Shown here: positions 1 to 10,846 of the stretch, in pieces | How positions within the stretch are numbered: position 1 is the stretch's first letter | Layout of the letters: each line of letters starts with the position of its first letter | From: Octopus bimaculoides | Lineage: Eukaryota | NCBI RefSeq assembly: GCF_001194135.2 | Contig: NC_068994.1 | Location: 19,306,770-19,363,582 of the forward strand | Length of the DNA: 56,813 bases | Direction of reading: 5' to 3' | Notes under the pieces: model-generated | What the model saw: only the letters and a program-made list of their open reading frames with translations | The model's database searches: none | What the model was told of the DNA's origin: nothing | Position numbers and translations under genes: made by a program

Positions 1-431
1 ATATATATATATATATATATATAAACACCCACCTTGCTGATAACAACTGTTGCATGGCTTGTATTGCTCTCTTAAGCCATTCATCTACAAGTTCCCTTAG
101 TGACCATCAGACTGCAAAAAGTGGTGCTCTGTTTAAGGCCTTTGTAGGTATAATACCTTAGTTTTTTTTTCAGAATTCCAGTTGTTTCACTATGAAAAAA
201 AATTTCAGTTGTTCCCCATCCAGACACAGGCCCAAACCGTATCATATATAAGTCAATTCTTTACCTAACTAATCCTGCTGTAACTGTAACTTACATAACT
301 TCATGCATCAGCTTGATACCTCTGTATTTGACTTTTCTAGAGCATCTCTTGTCTTTTTAGCAGTTACAATAATAAAAAAAAAACAATTTAAAAAGATGCT
401 CTTTTCAACTAAATTCATTTGGCCTGATTTA

Positions 432-566
432 TTTATCCACTCACAAGACTTTGGTTTGCTCAAAGCTATAGTAGATGACATTTGTTCAAGATGCCATACA
501 ATGGTACTGAACTCCAAACCATGTGGTTGGGAAGCAAGCTTCTTACTACACAGCCACTCCTGTGCC
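432..566 (-). mobile_element. SINE-B 5' head fragment (tRNA-derived SINE)
   Basis: Reverse complement reads ggcacaggagtggctgtgtagtaagaagcttgcttcccaaccacatggtttggagttcagtacc, with A-box-like and B-box-like motifs; same head as the copies at 38323 and 38705. Confidence 0.8.
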
Positions 567-1038
567 TAAAAACGCCAACCACACACACACACACAAAATG
601 TTTATGTCTGAAATAAACACCATTCTTGTTTACAATACTCTCTGGGCATAGAGCAGGGCTTGTCAACCTATTTTTAAAATGATGGTAACTCCAGGTCATA
701 TTTCTTAGTCAGTTATTATACTACTTATGTTATTTTAGAACTATGAAATATTTTTTTGTTTATTATAGCTATATCCCAAGTCTTTTATGGGTTAGAGTTG
801 TAAGCCTGATCAACATTGTTTACATTTCTAAACACTTCAACAGCGTCCTAGACGAATAACACTAGCTTTAGAGGCAAATTGCCAATACATCATTTTACAA
901 ATGATGCATTGATTTTTGAAAAAAAAAAAAAAAAAAAAAATTGAAATAGCATTGCATGGAAAAGGTGTGTCAAGTGGAAATACATCATAACTTAGTGAAT
1001 AGAGCACATTTATTATTCTTATTCTAAATTACAAACCA

Positions 1039-1041
1039 TTA

Positions 1042-1072
<31 letters not shown>

Positions 1073-1082
1073 TATTATTATT
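1039..1082. repeat. (ATT)n/(ATC)n microsatellite
   Basis: Trinucleotide run read directly. Confidence 0.95.
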
Positions 1083-1200
1083 CACAAGAGCATAAGAATT
1101 AATATAAAATAGAGCAACTCTTTTTGATTTTCCAAGGGAGTAAATATTTTTTAAAATTCAAATATATTAGAATTGCATGCCACAAATATTCCAGACATTT

Positions 1201-1283
1201 TGTGCGTGTGTGTGTGTGTGAGAGAGTGGATGTCGGTATGCACATACCTGTACATATATATGCATATACTCATTTACCATTTG

Positions 1284-1321
<38 letters not shown>

Positions 1322-1381
1322 GGGGAGAGAGAAAGAGAGGGGGAAAGAAAGTGGGAGAGGGAAAGAAAAAGAGAGAGAGAG
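1201..1381. repeat. Compound (TG)n-(TA)n-(GA)n microsatellite
   Basis: Runs read directly; explains the low-complexity ORFs at 1124 and 1173. Confidence 0.9.
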
Positions 1382-1988
1382 ATTTAGTTGCCGCTACATT
1401 AATTTTTCAGCTCAATGGGTGTTTCAACCAATATGTTTGAACCAGTTAATATATGTTGTGGACTGAATATGTATGTGAAATATTTCTCCAAAGTAAGAAT
1501 TCTATTTTTCAGTGGTCTAGTAATATCTATGAGAGTTGTTCCAATAACTATAATGTTCAAATGACAAAAGAACAGTTGGTAACAAATTCTAACAGCAATT
1601 TCTGAGATTCTTAGTCAAAGAATACAAAATGGTTTTGTTCCTTTTTTTTTTTTACTTTTTGTGTTTTGTATTTATTTTTATATGCTATAATATATAGGAA
1701 GTAATTTTATTTTCTTGTAAGTTCATACATTTGCATTTTGACAGGGCAAGTATTTTTACAGCTTGATACCCCTTCTATTGCTAACCATTCAAGCATAACA
1801 GTTAAGAAGAGAGAAGCTTCTATTCAGTTAATTGTGTCTCAATCTGCCAGTGTAGAAAAAAAAAAACATGCTTTCCCTAACAAATTTCTCACCGTTTTTA
1901 AATAGGAACTACATTATATACAATCCTACATCTTAAAAATGCATATCCACATTAAAGAAGAAAATAGTTACAGCTGGAGTACCTATGA

Positions 1989-2217
1989 TTAACTCTTTGG
2001 TATTTAAACTGGCCATATCTGGTTCAAATATTCTCTCTGTTTTAATGTTGAAACTGGTGAGATCTGGCCTCTCATACCTACCCTACAATGTCATTCTAAA
2101 AATAAGCAATCACTTTGTTGAAATCTCAAAGCTATGAGATAACACATTATTAATTCAAAACAATGTGGATGACTAAGCATTACATTTAGCAGAATAATCT
2201 GAATGTTAAAGGGTTAA
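1989..2217 (+). mobile_element. piggyBac-like MITE, copy 1
   Basis: TTAA-ctcttt...aaaggg-TTAA ends; internal sequence shared with 38042, 48540 and 50489. TTAA target with CCC...GGG termini is the piggyBac signature. Confidence 0.75.
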
Positions 2218-2752
2218 AGGCAACTGACCCAGACTAACACACTGATCATTTTCTATTCTACTCTGCTGGTTTGATGCCCCTCTGATACATATGGGTACAT
2301 AGAGTATGGGTCAGAAAGAACCCTGTAAATACAAATTCAATAAACCCAAACTTGGACAACCTAGCATGGAAATTTTTCATGCTGACATCAGTGATAAAAC
2401 AACGCATACAAATTTTATGACCCATCACTGTACTATACTTTCTTGTTAACTCTTCCATTTCAACTAAGTTAAACTTTTTCTGAACATGCCTCTTTTTACC
2501 TCAGAAATTTTCAAATCTTAAGAGCAACTGTTTGTCTGCATTACACCATAAGTACATTCGCTCATTCATTTTGAAGACTAGTGCCTTACCCTAGTCTTAC
2601 AGAACTCCTTTCCTCATGCAAATCAACCATTTTCTTAAACATCCAGTTCTACATTAGCTGAACAAAGGTAATCTCTTTTCTTACCAGCCAATACCAAGAA
2701 GAGTATCTTAGTTTACACCTACTCAGACAGGACAATAACAAAATTTACTTAC

Positions 2753-2810
2753 CAAGATATCAAAAGCATTCAAAAACAGTCACTTACCTGAAAAAGAAAA
2801 TAGAAAATAG
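2753..2810 (-). promoter_or_regulatory. Strong 3' splice site directly abutting a consensus 5' splice site (recursive-site-like), or a terminal-exon acceptor
   Basis: Minus strand: ctattttctattttctttttCAG|GTAAGTG, with a second GTAAGTA 35 nt downstream. Confidence 0.45.
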
Positions 2811-3977
2811 CTTAAACAAATATACATTATTACATTAAAAACAAATCTATAAAGTAAGTTATAAAATATAATTTACATTGCAAAAGAGCATTAAATTCTC
2901 ATCTCAGAGTTTGATTTTTTTAGGGATAATATGGAAATCAAAGAAGAAAATCTGTTATGTTTTTGACTTGTCATAAATATTGAAGTAGCTCACATGTAGC
3001 CCTACTGAATAATGTAATTATCAATAAGGGTTTCTAATTTTTTTTTTTATCCATAGGCTTTCCAATTCTTTAATTGAATTCAACCATTTAGCCTATCAGT
3101 CAATCAATACTTCAGTCCTTTCTACAAGTTGTCTGGATTACACTGCTTTTCAGTTCAAAATAATGAAATGATCCCATTAAATGAATGAATTATTTACTGA
3201 AGTCAAGAGCTGCTCTACCATAAAGCCTTACTCATTAATATAACTAATGAAAAAAAAAAAAAAGGATCAACTGCACAACTGGCACAAATAGAACTGACAT
3301 ATTGTCATCATGAACATAATCAAAATACTTTGACTATATCAAAGTTTTACTTCTCTAAAGCAGTTGTGAACCAAATGTTTTAAGCATTTTAAAAAAGTAA
3401 ATAGAGAATAAGAGGTAACAATAAAATTTATAAAAAATATTTTGACATGCTAGTTTGGCTCAGGTAGTTCATAACCCATGAATGGACTATGATATAAAAC
3501 AAGAAAGTTTGCACAAGGGCAGTACAGTACAGTGCGCATTCCTGAATTGTCTAATTTAGGATCTATGTATTGAATCATTAATTAACTAAATTAAGAACTT
3601 AGCTACCAGTACTCTTATCATAACTTGGAATTTATTACAAAAGGAATGGATAACTTAAAATTTCTGAAAATAACTAAATTGATTTTTTTTTTCCAGTATT
3701 GGTATAACTATACACACTGTACTGAAAACTCCTTCACACAAAATGTTCCAGAAAATGGCTTGACATTTTCATAAAGCTTACTGTTTTCAAAGATTACATT
3801 TTACCATGTATAAGTTAGCATAGAGTACTTTTCATTGGGTAGATGACGTTGAAGTTATTTTGTTTTTCTTTATAAACAATGACTACTATTTGCAATAACT
3901 AGAAGAAAAAAGAAGTGGTAAATAACCCACTCTCTATGAGGTCTTGAGTAATAATACTAATCCTTTCTACTACAGGC

Positions 3978-4186
3978 AAGGTAGTGACAAATGTTTTGAC
4001 CAGATCCCTAGGAAACCAACCATCTATGAGATGCAAAAAATTATTGACATCAACCACTCACATTCTCAGAAAGATTCTCTCCATCTAATATATAAGTGCC
4101 TTAAGCCTCTGGTTGAGACCCAGTCGAAAGATGAAATAAAATGCAAATCAATTGGAAAATAATGTTGATAATGATAATAATAATAA
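3978..4186 (+). mobile_element. 3' end of an R4/Dong-like non-LTR retrotransposon
   Basis: Translates with one frameshift to DKCFDQIPRKPTIYEMQKII/TSTTHILRKILSI*, resembling the R4-clade C-terminus (ELQK..LL.TAHILRK.L); followed by a short 3' UTR and (TAA)n. Confidence 0.6.
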
Positions 4187-4392
4187 TCCTTTCAAATTTT
4201 GGGGGAAGGGATTAAGTTGATTATATCAACCCCAGTATGTAACTGGTACTAATTTTATCAACCCCGAAAGGATGAAAGGCAAAGTCGACCTCGGCAGAAT
4301 TTGAACTCAAAACATAATGACAGACGAAATAATGCGAAGCATTTCGCCCAGCGTGCTAACAATTCTGCCAGCTCGCCATCGTAATAATAATA
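4187..4392 (-). mobile_element. SINE-A, near full length
   Basis: Reverse complement starts ggcgagctggcagaattgttagcacgc (A box), then gagttcaaattc (B box), then gtcgactttgcctttcatcctttcggggttgataaaattagtaccag; (TTA)n at the ends. Confidence 0.9.
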
Positions 4393-4984
4393 AAGAATTA
4401 AAACAAATAAGTAAATAACCCATTTTTCATAATTTCAATAATTTGGTTTGGCTAATTTTTAACCTTATCCCAAAGTTTAATAAGATATGCAGTAAAACAA
4501 ATCAGTTACAGAATTAATTACATGCCTATCCCCACATTGCTGCTTCATTTTGTGGCAAATAGTTCTAAGTTTCTTCTAAAACTTCAATAACATTATCTTA
4601 TAGCATGAAATAAATATGAGCCTTTTTTCTGTATTACTTTATAGCAAAATTATGTCAAATTACATTCAACTTCCATAACAGTCAAGCTTTCTCAACTGTT
4701 ATCTGGGACAAAATGGGGACAATAATAAACCAGTATGTGTTTGTTTTAGCACATAGAAGTTTGTGTGTGTGTGTGTGTGTGTGTACACACACACTATTGC
4801 AAAGATATATCAAACAGTGTTATGAGCAGCATTCAGCTGTAAAAACATTTATTCCTTAACTTTACACATCATATCCATGTAGGCATGACAAATAAATGTA
4901 AAACAGAAGACAGCTTTGATTTTATCTATGCAATCTTAAATCTTGACATACACATGCAATAATTTTAATAATGTTGATTTCTAA

Positions 4985-5560
4985 CAGAGGCACAAGGCCT
5001 AAAATTTAGTGGAGAGAAATAGAGAATTACATCAACCCGAATACTTGACTGGTACTTTATCAACCCTGAAGGATGAATGCAAAGTTAACCTCAGAGGGAC
5101 TTGAACATGATAAAGAGCTAGAAGAAATACTGCAAGGAACTTTGTCCAACACCCTAACAATTCTGCCAATCCATTGCCATAGGAAGTATTATATTGATTT
5201 CAAATTTTGGTACAAAGCTAGCAATTTCAGAGAAGGGGTTAAATCGATTACATCAACCCCAGTGCTTAATTGGTACTTGTTTTATAACCCCATGAAGATG
5301 AAAGGCAAAGTTGACCTAAGTGGAATTTGAACTCAAAGTGTAAAGATGAATGAAATGCCGCCAAGCACTTCATCCAGCATACTAATGATTCAGCCAGCTC
5401 GCCACCTTAATAATAAAAACAATCCTTTTCCTTTCTACTATGGGCAAAATGCCTGAAATTTTGGCATCAATCCCAGTGTGCAACTGGTACATATTTTGTT
5501 GACCCTGAGAAGATGAAAGGCAAAGTGTAATTTGAACTCGGAAATGTTAACAATAATAAT
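4985..5560 (-). mobile_element. Three head-to-tail SINE-A copies (the third partial)
   Basis: The motif catcaacccc...actggtac...gatgaaaggcaaagt...tttgaactc recurs three times in the same orientation. Confidence 0.85.
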
Positions 5561-5606
5561 AAATATTGACAAAATCATTTGTGCTGGACAAAATGACTTG
5601 TGGGAT

Positions 5607-5745
5607 ATACGACCTTTTACACTCTAAGTTCAAATCCTATGAAGGTAAATTTTGCGATGCAGCGTTTGAGGGTTGATAAAACAGTATCAGTCAAGTACTG
5701 GGTTGATGTAATTAACTATACTCCTCCAACAGCTTTGAGGCCTTG
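5607..5745 (+). mobile_element. Degenerate SINE-A fragment
   Basis: taagttcaaatcc...gagggttgataaaacagtatcagt...actgggttgatgtaatt matches the SINE-A sense strand. Confidence 0.65.
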
Positions 5746-5756
5746 ATTTCTTTTTT

Positions 5757-6062
5757 CAAACAACATGGAAATGCAAGTGGTACCAGTTGAAAGCTCTGCA
5801 TACCGGATGCTGGCAAGTTTATGGGGTCATCAAGAGAGAATGCACACCATTTAAGGGCCTACCTCTTGACAGCATCATTGTGCACAGCCCCACTCCTTAA
5901 AATGAGGCCCCACCTGCTAGATCAACTGGTTATCAGGTTTCGCTCAATATTCTTCTAGCCATTGCTCATCATCGCTTTTTAACCAAATCCAGTGGCTTGC
6001 CTTTTTCACGCTAGTTTGAATATCGTTCATGGTGGTATTTGCTTTATGATGAGTTAGGCCTA
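5757..6062 (-). mobile_element. 3' end of a HERO-like (restriction-like-endonuclease) non-LTR retrotransposon
   Basis: Minus strand translates GLTHHKANTTMNDIQTSVKKASHWIWLKSDDEQWLEEY*, matching the recalled HERO C-terminus (I.EAAE.AS.WLWLKR.D.W); followed by a GC-richer ~190-nt 3' UTR. Confidence 0.6.
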
Positions 6063-6501
6063 ACAATAACAACAGTCATCTCAAAGTTAAAAATCTATAT
6101 TGATAAATCATAATAATAACAATGTTCTTAAAAAGAAATGCTCAAAAGCAGTTGAATTATTTAAACCTGTAAGTGGTTCTATCACTTACAGATCATATTT
6201 TTAACACTGTTACAGCATTAAAGATTAAGTTCTTGGATTGCGTTATATTCCTGTTAATCCTTTTCTAAGCCTTCTTTTAACAACAGTTAGGCTTAATGAA
6301 AGTAAAACAAAGCCTTGAGTTCTATTTTTATTCCAGAATATGAAGTCATTGCAAAAGCAAGATATCAACCATTGTGAGTTACAGTTTGTAAGTCGCATTT
6401 GTAATTAATAGCTGTTCATATTTATTACAACCTCCAAGAGAATATTGCCTAGATTTATAAATTGTGGAACTATACACACACACACATACACATCAACTCA
6501 C

Positions 6502-6562
6502 TTCAGTTGAAAGTGAACATGCAAATTATTGTTATTGATAACAAAATAGAACAAATGAAGAG
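6502..6562 (-). CDS. Candidate 61-nt exon (LHLFYFVINNNNLHVHFQL), phase 1 to 2
   Basis: Acceptor ttctgtgtctcaattCAG, donor GAA|GTGAGT, open in one frame. No homology recognised; could be a pseudoexon. Confidence 0.25.
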
Positions 6563-6657
6563 CTGAATTGAGACACAGAAATAAGCACCATACTAAATTC
6601 CAGAATCCATACAGTTCATCTCTGTAATGCTTCAAAAAGTTAGTAGACATATATAAA

Positions 6658-6818
6658 CAGGGACAGACCCTGGCGAGGGGGTGGGGCTGAAAAGCATGTG
6701 CCCTCATCAAGAAAAGAAGTGTGCCCTTCTAAATAATGTTAATGTACCCTTTTCTCCTGGAATTGTATTCCCTTCTGACCTTGTGCCTTCCTTCGAAAAA
6801 TTCCTGGGACCGTACCTG
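6658..6818. mobile_element. Small MITE-like element, possibly PIF/Harbinger-type
   Basis: Imperfect 16-bp terminal inverted repeats cagggacagaccctgg / cctgggaccgtacctg (12 of 16 match) around a GC-richer ~160-bp core. Confidence 0.4.
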
Positions 6819-6828
6819 ATAAATATAT

Positions 6829-7050
6829 TATCATCATCGTTTAATGTCCGTTTTTCATGCTGGCATGGGTCGGAATTTCACAGGAGCTGGTAAGGCCAGG
6901 GCCTGCACCAAAATCTGTTGTTTGTTCTGGCATAGTTCCTATGGCTGAATGCTTTTCTAACACCAACCACTTCACAGTGTATGCTGGGTGCCTTTTATGT
7001 GGTACCAGAACCAGTGCTTTGAACATGGCACCAGCAGTGTGTAGCAAAAA
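6829..7050 (-). mobile_element. RTE 3'-UTR-derived fragment with (GAT)n tail
   Basis: tcatcatcgtttaatgtccgtttttcatgctggcatggg matches the tail at 39579. Confidence 0.75.
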
Positions 7051-7159
7051 AATGTAAATGTCAACCCCTGTACATTACTGTCTCTAGTCCCAGGATTCAT
7101 AAAGGCCAGTTATCTGGTTTTCATGGTGTATAAGTAATCAACATTACAACATTTCCCCT

Positions 7160-7268
7160 GAATGGATTGCAATTATGAGAAATAAAGTGTTTTACTTAAG
7201 GACACAATGCACTGGCCAGTCTGGGAATTGAAACCAGGATCTAACCACTAGACCATGCACCTTCACAT
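7160..7268 (-). mobile_element. tRNA-headed SINE fragment of a third family
   Basis: Reverse complement gtgaaggtgcatggtctagtggttagatcctggtttcaattcccagactgg...gtgtccttaagtaaaacacttt contains A-box-like and B-box-like motifs. Confidence 0.55.
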
Positions 7269-8504
7269 GTGTGTAGTTTCATAATTTAAATATTTGAGCA
7301 AGATCTCTTAACAGATTCTAATATTATTGACTGTGAATTACAAAATGGGTTTTAACAAGCTCCAGATAATTGCCATTTCTTTTCTTCCAGAAATTAACAT
7401 CTCTTTCTCCACACTAAGGTCATTGTTATCTACCAAGACATTTGCATCACCACACTCACCTAATATTTTAGCCATTATAAACTCATCACATATAAACATG
7501 TTAGGGCAAGTTTTCTTGATGTATATGTGTTAAGTGTGTGCACATATATATATTATATTCATATGTACATATGAATGTGTGCGCATGCACAAACACAAAT
7601 ATACATTGTTTACATATTTGTTTCAAAATTTTTCTGATATCAGTTAGGCAAAAGTATGAAATTTTCATTTCTGTAGCATTAAGAGGTGAAATCTTCTGGG
7701 TGTGGCACTTGTTGGCGGTGGCAGCAGCAACCACCACCACCACTGTCATCATCATTATCACCGGTGATTTTTCTCAGACAAGCTTGGACTGAATCTCTTG
7801 CTTGATTAACTGAGGTAATGTAGAATTAAATGTCTTGCTCAGAGACACAGTCAAAAAGGTTGCAGCAAGTATGATAAATGATCATAATGCCCATAAATGA
7901 TTTAATATAAGACACTCACCTTATCAAGTACCACTATACTACCTAACTGTACATGTTTGTTTATTTAACATAGACTCATTGAAATTATTAAAGGTTGAAG
8001 AGATGCTATAATATTTGATGTATTTAAGTTACTGAAGGAAGCCAACATGCGTTTTATGTGTGTGGTTTTGGAAATATCTCAAATGAAATTAGCACGACTG
8101 ATAGAATTTATCTCTACTAATTTTGATAAAATTACATATTTGTTTATATTTTCAACATCAGTTGATATTACAAGAGCGGGGAATATTTTTGATGTTTCTT
8201 CATTTTTAGGAAATGGAAAGAAAATAATAGTATTTCAACAGTTCTTTAAAATGAATTACCAAATTTTAGGAAAATTTATTATTTTTATTTTACATTATTA
8301 TTTTTGTTGCTTGTAACATTAACTGCAAGTACTCTCTGCACCCTTTTAACTTGATGACTGCAGTGATGATGTAATATTCAGGCTGAGTGAGTGTATAACC
8401 TGATTTTCAGTTGTTAGCTTAAGATATTAACATTCCCTCACAATTTGTATCTAAAACTTCACCTTACTCAGATGGGGTCCACCAAGCACACTTTTCCTTG
8501 ATAT

Positions 8505-8680
8505 TCTTATTTCTTTATTGCCCAGAAGGGGCTAAACATAGAGGGGACAAACAAGGACAGACAAAGGGATTAAGTTGATTACATCAACCCAGTGCGTAAC
8601 TGGTACTTATTTAATTGACCCCGAAAGGATGAAAGGCTAAGTCGACCTGGCGGAATTTGAACTTAGAACATAAAGACAGA
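8505..8680 (-). mobile_element. SINE-A variant with a different 3' end
   Basis: Core gattacatcaacccagtgcgtaactggtacttatttaattgaccccgaaaggatgaaagg is shared, but the end is ttctttattgcccagaaggggctaaacatagaggggacaaac. Confidence 0.85.
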
Positions 8681-10780
8681 CACTGGTCAAGACCCTTATG
8701 CAATCAACCTCTGAGCTAAAGGGGCACCAATAGTGTACCAAAGCCACTAAACTCATTTGTTAAGTTTGCCTAGCTATAAGATAAACTATATGAGGAGGTA
8801 CAGTTCAGTATTTTAACAGTAGGTATTTAAATACATTGTGAGCTTACAAAAACAATAACGAATCTATTGTAGAGTAAACAGGAATTCATTACCCTCTATA
8901 GTACAGTTATCTTAACTAAATGAAATAACATTCAGAATACAGTTTTGTCTCACTAAATATTTTCTGAGTTTAAATCTTAACAAGTTAGACTTTGCCTTTT
9001 GTTTCCATGAGCATTTATAAAATATAAACCAGAAATGTACAGCAGTCAATTCCAGCAACTGTCACCCTTCATATACATCAGAAGATTTGTGACAATATAA
9101 GAAGCTATTATTGTCTATGAGATACCAGACAGTTGTATTCTAGTTCTTATTTTCTAAGTCATGGGACCACTTAGCTAAACAAGCAATATGGTTACTAATT
9201 TCTAAACTTCAGTATATCACAGATATTAATGTTTTCAACTGAGAAGAAATTACAAGCACAGTTGACCATTGTCGGATAGAAAACTTGGTACTTTAAATAT
9301 CCATTGCATTTTCATCACTCTAGTTCTCATAACAGAAATTTCTTTTGTTCAGGCACAACCCCAGTAAAAGAGACTCAGTTAATTGAATTCACTTGCATAT
9401 TACTGGTATTTGTTTTATCAACTTTGTAGATTGGACAATCAAAGATGATCCAAGCAAAATTGAGAACTAAGAAACTTAAGAATGACTGGATTCTTTTCAC
9501 AAATATAATTCTTTGAGGAAAGGAATTATCTGGATTTCAGTGATTCTGTTTAGTTCCAAATTAAAGTTCATATGCCAGTCTGAAGATTTTCACACTGATT
9601 ACTTTTTCAGTATTAATTTACATTCCTTCCTTTCCTCACACATACAGAAAAGGAAAATAGGATGATGTGATATTCAAGTTTCTTAATAGTGTTAACATAG
9701 AAAGTGAAATTATCAGGAGTAGAGAGTGGGTCAAACAAACAGACTTTGTTGCACAGTTCACTATATCATAATAATTTCTTATGTTGGCATAAAGTCACAA
9801 ACTTATAGTGGAGAGTTATAGTTAATCGACTTGGCTCCTGATATACTACTGGTACTTAATGGTTCTGGTAAAATGAAAGGCCTCAAAAGCAGAACATAAA
9901 GGATGTAACTAAATACTACTCTTCCAAAACACCAAAAAATAAAAAAAGTTTAATGCCATTTACAGAAGCTGTAAGCATTGAAATATTTCCAGTTTTACAA
10001 AGCAAGCTTTCTTTTTCTTCACAACCATTTTTGTTACTAGCCTAAACTAAATGTAACTCTTAATTAAGACATTGTTGGGCTGTTTCTAAAACTAGACACA
10101 CTTCCTAAAACAAAACACTCAACAGTTACTAATAAGAAGTAGTTTCTTTTTTTCTTTTTTTTTTTCAGTTAGCTTTACTGGAGCAAGTAGAATTCTGTCG
10201 TTTGTCTAACTATGCAATACAATGGTCTTAGCAAACTTTGATCATAAACCATTGGGGCAAGTTGTATTTAACAACTGAAAGAATTGATAAAGATTAATAA
10301 TTTATCCATTAGTGTTCAAATTTAGGGTTAACGCCACCAAGTAATAGTAAGATATTTGCAATTTAAGTCTGCAATCTGCTTTCAATTCTCAGTTGAAATA
10401 ATTTCTTGGTTTCTTGACATTTATACAATAAATGCTCTTGAAAAAAAAGCATGAACACTATTATTCCCATTTTAATTCTACCGTGAATCATTAATATTGC
10501 TGTAGTATGAAATTCATATTATACAGAGGGTAACTAATTGCTTCAACCTAGCAGCAAGTTTTACTCATCAATTCATTTCACTAAATCATTTTAAACTAAA
10601 TCTTGTTGCCAAGGATGTTGCCTTATTTCATAAAATCTTGTTCATACTGCTTACACTATTTACTTAAATGGAAAGACAAAAGTACGATTTGTCACATTCT
10701 ATGAGGCAAGTTATTCAGCTATTTTTCACACTAACTTTGGGCAAACAAGAAATAATTTTCAGCATAGAATGAAATAGTAC

Positions 10781-10815
<35 letters not shown>

Positions 10816-10846
10816 GTACGTATGTATGTATGTATGTATGTATGTA
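10781..10846. repeat. (CA)n + (TATG)n microsatellite
   Basis: Read directly. Confidence 0.95.
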
